64,000 bases of DNA. Origin: Escherichia phage muut. Location of the stretch: sequence record NC_052657.1. The stretch is one strand, 5' to 3'. Shown piece by piece: positions 44,825 to 54,206 of this stretch. Every line of letters starts with the position of its first letter. Within the stretch, counting starts at the first letter, position 1. The translations under genes and the position numbers were made by a program. The notes under the pieces are model-generated. The model was not told the DNA's origin. It made no database searches and worked only from the letters and a program-made list of their open reading frames with translations.

Positions 44825-45567
44825 TGCTAGTATATCAAGAAATTAGTGTAAAAGATGATCAAGACCTGTTTATTATTGGTGATTTACATGGTTGCTTTGA
44901 TTTGTACCAGAAAGGTGTTAATACTTTAGGTATCCGAGATCAAGATGTTGTTGTATCTTTAGGAGATCTTACAGATCGCGGCAAGCAGAATTTTCGTTGT
45001 GTTGTTGAATTCACCAGAAAGCTAAATCGTTATGGTATTCGTGGAAACCATGAAGATATGATGATTAAAGGGTTGCTAGAAGGTGATAGACGATATTACG
45101 AATGTTGGTTTCAGAACGGAGGCCATACAGTTCTAGACGAGTGTGGAGAAGAGGGTGCAACTGCTCTTGCTTTGATGCTAGAAGATTTACCTGTTGTACT
45201 TGTTGTCAATTATCGTAATATGAAACTAGGCTTTATTCACGGTGGTTATCCTTCAGTTTTGGAACATTTACCAGTGACAGAAGTTTTGCCATTTTGTTTG
45301 AATATGAATAAAGAGCAAGTTTCTCGATTCACAGAATCTTTAATGTGGGATCGTGATATGATAGATTGCGCCCTTGAAGGGATTCTTCTTCCTAGAGTTT
45401 CAGGAGTAGATTATGTATTTCACGGGCATTCTTATGTTCCTAAACCTGTAATTAGCAGTAATAGGGTATATATGGATACAGGATCTTGCTTCAATGGTAA
45501 TTTAACCTTTGCATATTTTGATGATACAAATACGTTACAATTTTATTCTACTTTAGAGGAGGACTAA
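44821..45567 (+). CDS. Ser/Thr protein phosphatase (PPP-family metallophosphatase)
   Basis: GDLHG, GDLTDRG, RGNHE motifs. Confidence 0.75.
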   Translation: MMLVYQEISVKDDQDLFIIGDLHGCFDLYQKGVNTLGIRDQDVVVSLGDLTDRGKQNFRCVVEFTRKLNRYGIRGNHEDMMIKGLLEGDRRYYECWFQNGGHTVLDECGEEGATALALMLEDLPVVLVVNYRNMKLGFIHGGYPSVLEHLPVTEVLPFCLNMNKEQVSRFTESLMWDRDMIDCALEGILLPRVSGVDYVFHGHSYVPKPVISSNRVYMDTGSCFNGNLTFAYFDDTNTLQFYSTLEED

Positions 45568-45887
45568 TGTATAAAGTCACAATTAAAGAGACGGTAGGGA
45601 ATATTACGAAAGAAACTACTATTGAAACGGAAGACGTTGAGTTAGTCAAAGAGCTTTTATTTCCAAAATCAGAAATAAAAGATAATGACGAACAGTTGGA
45701 TGAAGATAACGATACAGCAAGGGATAAATGGAAGAAACAACTAGCGGAGATTTGGAAAAAGCCTCAAGTAACGCCTCCATTTGATCCTCGTACACCTTAT
45801 AGTCCTTGGGAAATTGGAAGCCCTTGGTTTACGTACCCTATTACTCCAATTGTTACTCCCAGTATTATTCCCAATATTACTTGTTAA
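45567..45887 (+). CDS. hypothetical protein (106 aa)
   Basis: Track ORF. Confidence 0.4.
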   Translation: MYKVTIKETVGNITKETTIETEDVELVKELLFPKSEIKDNDEQLDEDNDTARDKWKKQLAEIWKKPQVTPPFDPRTPYSPWEIGSPWFTYPITPIVTPSIIPNITC

Positions 45888-45897
45888 GGAGAAAACC

Positions 45898-46476
45898 ATG
45901 AGCGATTTATTCTACACAGGTGTTGGTAGTAGAGATATTACAGACGAAGAATGGGACACTATGGTAGCTGTTGCAAAATGGTTATCTACATGGTTCATTT
46001 TGCGATCTGGTAAAGCAGAAGGTGCAGATTCCGCATTTGAATGCGGGGTATATGATAGTGGAAACAATACAAAGAAAGAAATATACATTCCTTGGCCTTC
46101 GTTTAAAGGTAATGAGATAGATGGAGAGGTTATTGTTCTTGACAGACCAGATAGTGTAAACTATGCTCTAACCTTGCAATATGCAAAAGAATTGCATCCA
46201 GCTTGGGACAGATTATCTCAAGGTGCTAAAAAATTACATCAAAGAAATATCCACCAAGTTCTTGGAAGAGATCTTGAGAATCCAAAACCATCTTGTTTTC
46301 TTTTAGCTTGTGCAAATACAGATAAAAATGGAGATCCTTTAGGTGGTACAAGAACAGCTTGGATGTTGGCTAAAAAGTTTAATGTTCCTTGTTTTAATAT
46401 TCGAGGTAAAAGTAAAAAACAAATTTTCGAATTTATTAAGCCTATTTTAGAGGAGAATGGTCTTGTCCAGAAATAA
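45898..46476 (+). CDS. hypothetical protein, possible DprA/SLOG-like Rossmann domain
   Basis: Start reset to ATG 45898 (AAGGAG RBS); TGVGSRDI...SGKAEGADSAFECG loosely resembles DprA nucleotide-binding motif. Confidence 0.3.
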   Translation: MSDLFYTGVGSRDITDEEWDTMVAVAKWLSTWFILRSGKAEGADSAFECGVYDSGNNTKKEIYIPWPSFKGNEIDGEVIVLDRPDSVNYALTLQYAKELHPAWDRLSQGAKKLHQRNIHQVLGRDLENPKPSCFLLACANTDKNGDPLGGTRTAWMLAKKFNVPCFNIRGKSKKQIFEFIKPILEENGLVQK

Positions 46477-46981
46477 TATAAGCATCATTAAAGATAGCTT
46501 TATTGATGTAACAAACGATATTGTACCTACAATACAATATATAGTTGAGGCACAAGGTTTAAACTTTATACGTGATAAAGTTAAGATTGTTTTTCATAAC
46601 ACTCCAGGTTTTGTAACAGTAGGTTCAACAAAAACGCCGTGCTCTACAGATCTGATTACTTTAGACAAAAACTTAACACAAGAAGAAGTAGAAATTCTTA
46701 ACCTCTATTGGCTAGGTTTTAAAAGATATGAGGATACAGCTTTATCCCGAATGTCAACTATTTTAGCTAACATTCTAGTTCGGAAAATTTCTAAACTATG
46801 GGATGAAGAAAACCCAGATGAAATAGTTTTACACTTTGCTAAACCGGAAGACGGGGCATATGATATAGACACATCTGAAATGGCTTATGGGTTTATTATT
46901 TCTGGTAATGTATTACAGATGGAATCTTTATTGTATGTTGAGACAGTAAAACACAATAACAACTACGAGGAGGTTGTATGA
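46457..46981 (+). CDS. hypothetical protein (174 aa)
   Basis: Track ORF with GAGGAG RBS. Confidence 0.45.
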   Translation: MVLSRNNISIIKDSFIDVTNDIVPTIQYIVEAQGLNFIRDKVKIVFHNTPGFVTVGSTKTPCSTDLITLDKNLTQEEVEILNLYWLGFKRYEDTALSRMSTILANILVRKISKLWDEENPDEIVLHFAKPEDGAYDIDTSEMAYGFIISGNVLQMESLLYVETVKHNNNYEEVV

Positions 46982-47235
46982 AAGGTTTAGAGTTTAACTT
47001 TGTAGATGCGTGGGAAGGATGGGATGAACTAGGAGTAGGGGATTTATGTTTTTATGATGTTACCTTGAAGGAAGAATACAAACATCTAGCCCCTAGTGAA
47101 GATTGCGATGTGATTCTATCTATTCTATTAAGTCAGTCTATAGTGCAATTTGATTTTCTAAAAGGTAGTGAGTGTATTGAAAGTAAAGCATTCCGTTTAG
47201 AAGTTTCTCTTGGTGAAGAAGTTCCTGTAGAATAA
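46978..47235 (+). CDS. hypothetical protein (85 aa)
   Basis: Track ORF. Confidence 0.4.
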   Translation: MKGLEFNFVDAWEGWDELGVGDLCFYDVTLKEEYKHLAPSEDCDVILSILLSQSIVQFDFLKGSECIESKAFRLEVSLGEEVPVE

Positions 47236-47239
47236 TATA

Positions 47240-47263
47240 AACCCGCTTCAGCGGGTTTTTTGT
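47240..47263 (+). terminator. rho-independent terminator
   Basis: AACCCGC-ttca-GCGGGTT followed by TTTTTT. Confidence 0.7.
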
Positions 47264-47291
47264 TGACAACACCAGTTTTTTCGAATAAACT
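47263..47291 (+). promoter_or_regulatory. sigma70-like promoter (TTGACA-17-TAAACT)
   Basis: Immediately after terminator; precedes RBS and ATG 47321. Confidence 0.45.
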
Positions 47292-47320
47292 ACAGAAAAA
47301 CAGAAGAGGAGAAGATTAGC

Positions 47321-47731
47321 ATGTACTATAGTGACTATTTTGTAAACCCAACAAAAGAACAACTTCAATCAGCAGCGGATAAGATGCAGATTGTAGTTAA
47401 AGAATGTGAGAAAATAAGAAAACAACTACAAGAAGAGATTGTTGTTGTTAATAAATGGTTTGGTCTTAAGAAGAAAATTGTTAGTAAACACAATATCATC
47501 CTTGAAAAAGCAAAAACGACAGGAACTAGTTACGCCTTACAAGCCTTGTTACTAAATTACATTGATATAGAACAACATTCTCTTCTGCACTGTTGGCTTA
47601 ACAGCCCTAGTATTGAGAATCTCTTGTTCTGGTTATCGTGTGAATCTGTACTTTTAAATGAGAATGAGGCTTACCGTTTAAACTTCTGCCTCAAGGCAGA
47701 ATTACCAGCTAGTGTTAAGGAGAAGAAGTAA
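47321..47731 (+). CDS. hypothetical protein (136 aa)
   Basis: Track ORF. Confidence 0.45.
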   Translation: MYYSDYFVNPTKEQLQSAADKMQIVVKECEKIRKQLQEEIVVVNKWFGLKKKIVSKHNIILEKAKTTGTSYALQALLLNYIDIEQHSLLHCWLNSPSIENLLFWLSCESVLLNENEAYRLNFCLKAELPASVKEKK

Positions 47732-47733
47732 TA

Positions 47734-48723
47734 ATGAAAGTTTTAAGTCTTTTTGATGGTATGTCAGGAGGAATGCTTGCGCTAAAAAGTGCAGGTATTG
47801 AAGTAGATACATATTACGCTTCAGAATTAGACAAATTTGCCGTAGCTGAAAGCCAAGCAAATTTTCCAGATATTATTCAGTTAGGTGATGTTACAAAATG
47901 GAGAGAATGGGATATCCCGTGGGGAGAAATTGATCTTTTGTTAGGTGGTAGTCCGTGTCAAGGCTTCTCTTCTTCTGGTAAGGGTTTGAACTTTCAAGAT
48001 CCGCGATCTAAGTTATTCTTCGAATATGTTGAAATTCTTGAACATATTAAAAAGTTTAATCCTAATGTTAAGTTCATGCTTGAAAACGTTAAGATGAAAG
48101 TGGAGTGGGAAAACGTGATCACAAGTTACTTAGGTGTTGATCCCGTATTCATTAACTCCGCAGATTTCACGGCACAGAATAGACAACGTTTATACTGGTG
48201 CAACTGGGAAATAAAACCCTGGGAGATTACCAATGAAGTGTTGCAAGATATCATTGAAGATGATAGTATTGTAGACAGAGATAAGGCTTATTGCATAGAT
48301 GCAAATTATGCCAAAGGTGGTAATATAGAACAGTATTTTGAAAAGAGTCGCAGACAACTGGTTTTTTATCCGGCAGCAATATATGGGCGTAGAATTAATG
48401 AAAATGGCAAACGTAGTACATCTAAAACTGATCGTTTGGTACATTGTTTGGAAGTTCAGGACAGTGAAAAAACTCGTTGCCTCACGACTGTGCCTAAAGA
48501 CGTACTATTAGCCTACATTCCACCTGGAAGATATCTAGATGCTTTTGAAAAATTGAGTGAAGGCGTACATTATAGAAAGTTAACGGTTAAAGAGTGTTGC
48601 CGCTTGCAAGGTGTGCCAGATGATTACTTTAAAGTGAGTAGTAACACACAAGCATATAAGATGTTAGGTAACGGTTGGACTATACCTGTCATTGCACATA
48701 TTCTTAAATGTATGGAGGAATAG
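47734..48723 (+). CDS. dcm: DNA (cytosine-5)-methyltransferase
   Basis: Motif I LFDGMSGG, PC motif GGSPCQGFS, ENV motif (FMLENV). Confidence 0.8.
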   Translation: MKVLSLFDGMSGGMLALKSAGIEVDTYYASELDKFAVAESQANFPDIIQLGDVTKWREWDIPWGEIDLLLGGSPCQGFSSSGKGLNFQDPRSKLFFEYVEILEHIKKFNPNVKFMLENVKMKVEWENVITSYLGVDPVFINSADFTAQNRQRLYWCNWEIKPWEITNEVLQDIIEDDSIVDRDKAYCIDANYAKGGNIEQYFEKSRRQLVFYPAAIYGRRINENGKRSTSKTDRLVHCLEVQDSEKTRCLTTVPKDVLLAYIPPGRYLDAFEKLSEGVHYRKLTVKECCRLQGVPDDYFKVSSNTQAYKMLGNGWTIPVIAHILKCMEE

Positions 48724-48848
48724 TGGAAACATTGTGGAAAGGCTGGAAGACTGCTCTGATAGCCTTTATAATTCCATTAACTTTTCTTGGTTGGTGTTTT
48801 TGGGAATTTATCTTTTGGTTAATTTCCCATATACATTGGGGGTAATAT
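48723..48848 (+). CDS. small hydrophobic protein (41 aa)
   Basis: Sub-cutoff ORF, GTG start after GGAGG RBS; one TM helix. Confidence 0.3.
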
Positions 48849-49458
48849 GACTCAAAAAGTTGCATATCAAGTAGATCGTGAAGACGGTGAAGGTAGTGTT
48901 GTAGTTTTTGATACACATGGTCTTGCAGCAAGACGCAAAGGTGCTTGTCTACTGGACATTGGTGGTGAAGATGAATACTGCACTGTACGTAGAGTAAAAG
49001 AATTTGATCAATATGCTGAAAAAGGTTTTGTACCTGCAAAAGCACTATTAGAAGCTGGATGGTGGATACCTAGTGCACATGATTATGATATTTTGGAATC
49101 AGATACAGACGATTTTAACAGTGAAGATTTTGTTTTTTCTCTGGATGAAAAATGCGTTTGGAAAGATTGGGATGAAATGGAACGCCATGCTTATTTTATA
49201 AACGAAGCATTAGATCGTAAAACTTGGTTTGAGAATACAGTTAAAGCAGCGTATCCTCAATTTACTTTTACAGAATTTTGGGGTGGCCCACACCATATTA
49301 CTCATGTGGCATACTTCGAGTTCCCAGGCTCACGCTATAAAGGTACTGTCTATTGGGATTGGGACGAGGACAAAGAACCTTCTGCTCAAGACTTCCGTTG
49401 CTATGTTTGTCAAGGTGATCAAGAAGCCCTTGACAAGTACCTTAAAAGTCTGGTATAA
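48847..49458 (+). CDS. hypothetical protein (203 aa)
   Basis: Track ORF. Confidence 0.45.
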   Translation: MTQKVAYQVDREDGEGSVVVFDTHGLAARRKGACLLDIGGEDEYCTVRRVKEFDQYAEKGFVPAKALLEAGWWIPSAHDYDILESDTDDFNSEDFVFSLDEKCVWKDWDEMERHAYFINEALDRKTWFENTVKAAYPQFTFTEFWGGPHHITHVAYFEFPGSRYKGTVYWDWDEDKEPSAQDFRCYVCQGDQEALDKYLKSLV

Positions 49459-49459
49459 T
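49430..49459 (+). promoter_or_regulatory. consensus sigma70 promoter (TTGACA-18-TATAAT) overlapping stop of upstream gene
   Basis: Perfect hexamers; followed by hairpin 49477-49495, GGAGGA RBS and ATG 49513. Confidence 0.55.
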
Positions 49460-49476
49460 CCGTAAAACTTAACCAA

Positions 49477-49499
49477 AGCCCCAAGCAGGGGCTTTATTT
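49477..49499 (+). terminator. hairpin with T-run (terminator and/or 5-prime-UTR stem-loop)
   Basis: AAGCCCC-aagca-GGGGCTT followed by TATTTG. Confidence 0.45.
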
Positions 49500-49512
49500 G
49501 TCTGGAGGATAT

Positions 49513-50046
49513 ATGGGTTTTGATGACATGTTATTATATGAGGAGGCTTGTGTGAAAGAAGCTATGGCTTTACCAGTTTTATCTATTGATATTACAACAG
49601 TAGACACTTTTTCAGATTGTGAAACGTGTGGATCGTATTCGTCTATTGTACATGAAGTTAGTGGGGATTTAGGCACTTACGAAGATGGAGATTATGCAAG
49701 TTGTTTAGGTGATAATCGAGATGGTGAAGTGGCGAATGTTGCAAACTGGATTGCTTCTAAGTTAAAAGAAAGAAATCGTCCGTTCCCTAATCTTCTTACA
49801 CCAGAAGCTATGCTTAAAGCTGAACAAGAGATGTATGATTATGGTTATAAAGTAGATTATGACTATAATGATCCTAAATATAAAAAATTGAGTGACAAGT
49901 ATTGGGAACTAGCTAATGCTTATGATAAATACTACTCTACAGAAAACATTGTTAAATTGTTTTTAGATTTTGGAGTAGAAATTAATTGGGATTTCGAAGA
50001 GGAAGAGCGTTACGACGCATCTTCTTGGGAGGACGAGGGTGAATGA
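49513..50046 (+). CDS. hypothetical acidic protein
   Basis: Start reset to ATG 49513 (GGAGGA RBS). Confidence 0.4.
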   Translation: MGFDDMLLYEEACVKEAMALPVLSIDITTVDTFSDCETCGSYSSIVHEVSGDLGTYEDGDYASCLGDNRDGEVANVANWIASKLKERNRPFPNLLTPEAMLKAEQEMYDYGYKVDYDYNDPKYKKLSDKYWELANAYDKYYSTENIVKLFLDFGVEINWDFEEEERYDASSWEDEGE

Positions 50047-50783
50047 TAGAACGAAAACCCTTACCAGATAGAGATTACTTGTTATCAAGGTTTAGTGTGG
50101 AGAATGGTCGTCTTGTTTGGAAACCTAAACCTTCTACAACAAAAGAGAACAAAAGGTGGAATAGCAGATACGCAGGGAAGATTGCAGGGACTATTGATAA
50201 AGCTGGTTACTCTCATGTCAAAATAGATGGTATTGTATACTTGGAGCACAGAGTTTGTTTTAAAATGTATCATAATTACTGTCCAGATGTTATAGACCAT
50301 GATGACGGCAATAAACTTAATAATGCGGAAAGTAATTTATTGGATAGTAACTATTTATTAAATAATAACAATAGACACGTGGATGGGTTAGAAGGTATTT
50401 ATGAAAAGGATGGTGTTTTTCTTTGGGTTATAAACTACAACCAAGAAACTTTCTCTGTTTCAGGTTTCAAAACTAAAGAGGAAGCTATTGTAGCTAGAGC
50501 TTTAGCAAAACAAGAAATTTTGAAAGGATCTTATATCAAAAAAGAAAAGAAGCGTATAGATAACACTTCAGGATTAAGCTGTGTGTTTGTGGCAACAAGA
50601 GAGAGAACATTCTTTTTCAAGTTTGTGTTTGACAAGATCACGTATTGCAAATATGGTTTCAACGATCCAGAGAGATGTGCTATAGCTCTGGAGAAACTAA
50701 GATTGAAGGTGATGAAAGAAAAATATAAACCTGCAAATAAAAGCATTTGCGAAAAATATAAGGAGGAGATTTATGCCGCGTAG
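50043..50783 (+). CDS. HNH homing endonuclease with AP2-like DNA-binding domain
   Basis: HNH motif VIDHDDGNKLNNAESNL; downstream SGFKTKEEAIVARALA AP2-like segment. Confidence 0.65.
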   Translation: MIERKPLPDRDYLLSRFSVENGRLVWKPKPSTTKENKRWNSRYAGKIAGTIDKAGYSHVKIDGIVYLEHRVCFKMYHNYCPDVIDHDDGNKLNNAESNLLDSNYLLNNNNRHVDGLEGIYEKDGVFLWVINYNQETFSVSGFKTKEEAIVARALAKQEILKGSYIKKEKKRIDNTSGLSCVFVATRERTFFFKFVFDKITYCKYGFNDPERCAIALEKLRLKVMKEKYKPANKSICEKYKEEIYAA

Positions 50784-51588
50784 AGTCATATTCATAACTG
50801 GTGCAGGACTATCTGTGGATAGCGGTATCCCAGCTTTTAGAACAGATACTTCTTCAGGGAAGGCGTTATGGTCTTCTTATGATCTTTTTGAGGTCTGTGA
50901 CATTTTCAACTTCCGTGACGGTTATCAGCAAGAACAAGGTGTTCTTGATGCTATGGGTGGTTTAGATGCAGAAGGATATAACCTCTACCGTAAAACTCAC
51001 GACTTTTACAATAAACGTCGCGTGGAATTAGAGAAAGTTGACCCGAATCCAGCACATCTTCAGATTGGAGAATGGTTCAAAAAATATGGCCCAGAACGAA
51101 TTATTAACATTACTACTAACGTGGATGACCTCCTTGAACGAGCAGGAGTAGATAGGGAAGAAGTGCTACATGTGCACGGTTTTCTTCCTGAAATTACTTT
51201 TCAAAGAAAAGCTGGACAACCTACAATTGTAAAAGATGTTGGTTATCAAGCCATAGATGTAGATGACTACCATTATGTAAAACCTAATGTAATTTTCTTT
51301 GGGGAAGCTGCTCCACTTTACACGGATATGTATCATATTTTTGATACTTTGACCATGCAAGATTTGGTTGTTGTAGTAGGATGTTCAAACCAAGTTATCA
51401 ATTTTAATTGGGAATTATTCCCTGCACTTAATATGGGTACAAAAATGATCGTTGTTAACCCAGGAATTAATTACGAAGAAACTCTTCTTTACGAAGACAG
51501 AGGAGTTTTTGTTTATCGAGAAAAGGCCGCAGATGCTTTTAGCAATCCTGCTTTCATAAAAATGATAGAAGATCATTTGACTAAGTAA
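50773..51588 (+). CDS. Sir2-family NAD-dependent deacylase / ADP-ribosyltransferase
   Basis: NAD-binding signature GAGLSVDSGIPAFR near N-terminus; 271 aa. Confidence 0.7.
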   Translation: MPRRVIFITGAGLSVDSGIPAFRTDTSSGKALWSSYDLFEVCDIFNFRDGYQQEQGVLDAMGGLDAEGYNLYRKTHDFYNKRRVELEKVDPNPAHLQIGEWFKKYGPERIINITTNVDDLLERAGVDREEVLHVHGFLPEITFQRKAGQPTIVKDVGYQAIDVDDYHYVKPNVIFFGEAAPLYTDMYHIFDTLTMQDLVVVVGCSNQVINFNWELFPALNMGTKMIVVNPGINYEETLLYEDRGVFVYREKAADAFSNPAFIKMIEDHLTK

Positions 51589-51597
51589 CTTGACCAA

Positions 51598-51621
51598 GGG
51601 GCGAAAGCCCCTTTTCTTATA
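51598..51621 (+). terminator. rho-independent terminator (GNRA loop)
   Basis: AGGGGC-gaaa-GCCCCT followed by TTTTCTTAT. Confidence 0.55.
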
Positions 51622-51631
51622 GGAGAATATT

Positions 51632-51889
51632 ATGACCACAGAACAAATCGTTAAAGACCATTTTATGATGCACTACGTTTATTACTTCAATAATAATCAA
51701 CAGAAAGGTGAGGGATTTTGTTATCTATCCGCACAACAAGGTTTTGGTATCCGTCAAGCAGATATTAACGGAGCAGTGGCTGGAATTACAAAAGGCTTGG
51801 TTGCAAACCTTAAAGATAATGTTGTTGTTGTCCCAACGTGCATCTCTTATCTCTCAACCTGCCCTGAAGAAGATTTTATGCATTCCTAA
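51632..51889 (+). CDS. hypothetical protein (85 aa)
   Basis: Last plus-strand ORF before convergent junction. Confidence 0.4.
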   Translation: MTTEQIVKDHFMMHYVYYFNNNQQKGEGFCYLSAQQGFGIRQADINGAVAGITKGLVANLKDNVVVVPTCISYLSTCPEEDFMHS

Positions 51890-51960
51890 AACCTCCTGTA
51901 ACGCATTCTAACGCACTTTTTATTTTAGTAATACGTTTCCCTATCTAATGCAAACAAAAG

Positions 51961-51992
51961 CCCCTAGAATCACTTCTAGGGGTTTTATTTTA
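51961..51992. terminator. bidirectional terminator at convergent junction
   Basis: 9-bp hairpin CCCCTAGAA-tcact-TTCTAGGGG flanked by A-run upstream and TTTTATTTT downstream. Confidence 0.65.
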
Positions 51993-52064
51993 GTCTTCTG
52001 TAAAATATCCTATGACAACAATGATAAAGATGATTAACACTACGATACTCTCTAGTAAAGTCAT

Positions 52065-52286
52065 CTATAGATCTCGTTCATATAATTCAATTATCAATTC
52101 ATCCTCTGCTGTTATCGTACCAATTTGCCAAGTATGAAGATAAACCTCTGTATAAGAGTGTATCTTACTATCTAACAAGCACAACCACGTATTGTTGCTT
52201 ACCTTTTCTTGAATATGAACCTTAACCACGAAAGGGTGAGGGTTATCTACTAAGAAACCAATACTACCTTCTACAACTACAGACAT
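52065..52286 (-). CDS. hypothetical protein (73 aa)
   Basis: Track ORF. Confidence 0.4.
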   Translation of the reverse strand: MSVVVEGSIGFLVDNPHPFVVKVHIQEKVSNNTWLCLLDSKIHSYTEVYLHTWQIGTITAEDELIIELYERDL

Positions 52287-52324
52287 AATACCTCCTATTG
52301 TTTATGCTAAGACAAATAAAAACA

Positions 52325-52353
52325 CACATACAAGAAAACCCGCCGAAGCGGGT
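52325..52353 (-). terminator. rho-independent terminator
   Basis: On minus strand ACCCGC-ttcg-GCGGGT followed by TTTCTTG, just downstream of gene 52361-52684. Confidence 0.55.
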
Positions 52354-52360
52354 TTATGTG

Positions 52361-52684
52361 TTATACAATGTGTTTTGTTTTAACGTGCGAAGATTTAAAA
52401 ATCTTATTATGTAATGAAATACAACTATCACGGAACACATAGTAGTTAACAACATCTGGTTTATCAACACAGAGTGTAGCCACAACTTTCATAGGTATAG
52501 ATACATTCTCACGAAGAGTAACACTACCTTTCAAACGTTCAGATGAAATGTGAATCAAACCTTCTTTTTCATCAATGATAACTTCTTTAACATTTTTGAA
52601 ATTATAACAAGAGTTGTCAACATAAGATACCCTTGCTTTTGTTTGCTTCTGTTTAGGACGAGAACCAGTGTTTATTTTTTGCAT
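52361..52684 (-). CDS. hypothetical protein (107 aa)
   Basis: Track ORF. Confidence 0.45.
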   Translation of the reverse strand: MQKINTGSRPKQKQTKARVSYVDNSCYNFKNVKEVIIDEKEGLIHISSERLKGSVTLRENVSIPMKVVATLCVDKPDVVNYYVFRDSCISLHNKIFKSSHVKTKHIV

Positions 52685-52692
52685 AGTTTTCC

Positions 52693-52980
52693 TTATTTGC
52701 TTTCACGAGCAAAATAATAATTTTCATATTCATTACGTGTAACGATTTCTGGATGATCAGGTTCACCGTAACTAAGTTTAATTTCAGGATACACTTTGGT
52801 GTTGAATAGACACGTAACACCTCTCATATAATATCCTGTAGGACTTAAAACAACATCATCTTCACTTACACTTGAGAATTTTATTTCACCATTAGTATCT
52901 TTGACGACAATAAGAGCATGTTCAGGCCAATCAAGATTCTCTTCTTTCAGTTTTTCATAAACTTCTTGCACTAGTTCCAT
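52693..52980 (-). CDS. hypothetical protein (95 aa)
   Basis: Track ORF with GGAGG RBS. Confidence 0.45.
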   Translation of the reverse strand: MELVQEVYEKLKEENLDWPEHALIVVKDTNGEIKFSSVSEDDVVLSPTGYYMRGVTCLFNTKVYPEIKLSYGEPDHPEIVTRNEYENYYFARESK

Positions 52981-52989
52981 ATTGCCTCC

Positions 52990-53163
52990 TCAGATTACAA
53001 ATTTTTCTTCTTCTGGTTTCTCGTAGTTGGGAGAATAAACGTGGGATGGATTAAAACCTTTAAAGCTACCTCGCCCTTTTCGTGGACAATTGAATGTTTT
53101 AGCTTTGTGATCACCAAAAGATTTACCACAATGTACACATTTATAATTGGTATCTTTGAACAT
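52990..53163 (-). CDS. small zinc-ribbon protein (about 57 aa)
   Basis: Alternative frame to track ORF 52995-53192; AGGAGAG RBS; CVHCGK...CPRKG. Confidence 0.4.
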   Translation of the reverse strand: MFKDTNYKCVHCGKSFGDHKAKTFNCPRKGRGSFKGFNPSHVYSPNYEKPEEEKFVI

Positions 53164-53214
53164 TTTACTCTCCTTTGAAAGATAGGCTGCACAGCAGTAC
53201 AGCCTTTTAAAAAA

Positions 53215-53319
53215 TTAGTGTTTAAATTTTTCGATTACTTCGTCAACTTTAGCGATGATAACATCTTGGTACTTGTGACCAAAATAACCAACAACAACAC
53301 CAACAATAAACGTCATCAT
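53215..53319 (-). CDS. small protein (34 aa)
   Basis: Sub-cutoff ORF with AAGGAG RBS. Confidence 0.3.
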   Translation of the reverse strand: MMTFIVGVVVGYFGHKYQDVIIAKVDEVIEKFKH

Positions 53320-53919
53320 TTACTTCTCCTTTTTAACTATAATGGCTTCTTCATTCAGAGTAAACAGCAAGGAAGATGTATCACCAACACACCTTGCACC
53401 TGGAATGAGTTCTAAAATTTTAGAGGATATAGCAATAGTATCTTCATCCAGTACATATTCTCCAGGTAACAATCTTAATGTTATTGGAAAATCTACGGAT
53501 GCCAAACCAGAGAACATCCCATCATTAAGAAGAACAACTTCTAAACCGTTACCTTCTTGTTGAGCATTATGCACTTTTTCCGGTAAGAAGTCAATACATT
53601 GATTTAAAATTTCCACATTTAATTCTACACCAGTACGAGCTTTATAAACTCTAGCCAAATCTATGATCCGAGGATCAATACTGGCGTAAGGGGATTCTAG
53701 GTGTTTTGGATCAATAGGAGCAACGCGCAATTTACCATCGAGAGATATCCACGTTACAATCCACATTTCACCAATCCCAGGTTGATCTCGCGCAGTAAGG
53801 AATTCTACTAATGCTCCAGGATTAGGCATTATGTAATCTTGTGTGATCAACATGTTCTTTACTCGCAAAAGCATTCCTGGCTTTAGTAAGCCCTTCTCAC
53901 CACTCCAATATTCTTTCAT
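53320..53919 (-). CDS. hypothetical protein (about 199 aa)
   Basis: Start reset to internal ATG 53919 preceded by AGGAG. Confidence 0.45.
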   Translation of the reverse strand: MKEYWSGEKGLLKPGMLLRVKNMLITQDYIMPNPGALVEFLTARDQPGIGEMWIVTWISLDGKLRVAPIDPKHLESPYASIDPRIIDLARVYKARTGVELNVEILNQCIDFLPEKVHNAQQEGNGLEVVLLNDGMFSGLASVDFPITLRLLPGEYVLDEDTIAISSKILELIPGARCVGDTSSLLFTLNEEAIIVKKEK

Positions 53920-53932
53920 TTTTACTCCTGCT

Positions 53933-54205
53933 TTAATGTCGTAGTTCACTAAACTTACAAACAAAGTGAACGTTAAGAAAAGTTAGTTTTCGATCTGGTG
54001 TAAACTCTGTTACTGTTTTATACACCTGTGCAATACCGAACCTGTTGACAGCAGGTACTGACAATTGGCTTATACATTTCATAGCTGACAGTTTTGCCTC
54101 TTCTTCAGATGCAAAATAAGTAAACATACCTTCTTCGTCAACTATAATTTCTTGTGTAACACAATCTACAAAACAAAAGAAAACATTAGGTAATTTTTCC
54201 GACAT
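53933..54205 (-). CDS. hypothetical protein (90 aa)
   Basis: Track ORF. Confidence 0.4.
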   Translation of the reverse strand: MSEKLPNVFFCFVDCVTQEIIVDEEGMFTYFASEEEAKLSAMKCISQLSVPAVNRFGIAQVYKTVTEFTPDRKLTFLNVHFVCKFSELRH

Positions 54206-54206
54206 A

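Noticed and set aside
51989-52063. 24-codon hydrophobic minus-strand ORF next to the bidirectional terminator
   Set aside because: Weak RBS and overlap with the terminator hairpin flank; insufficient support.
52995-53192. Track ORF 52995-53192 (65 aa)
   Set aside because: An alternative frame on the same strand has a strong RBS and a zinc-ribbon Cys pattern, so the track ORF was replaced by 52990-53163.
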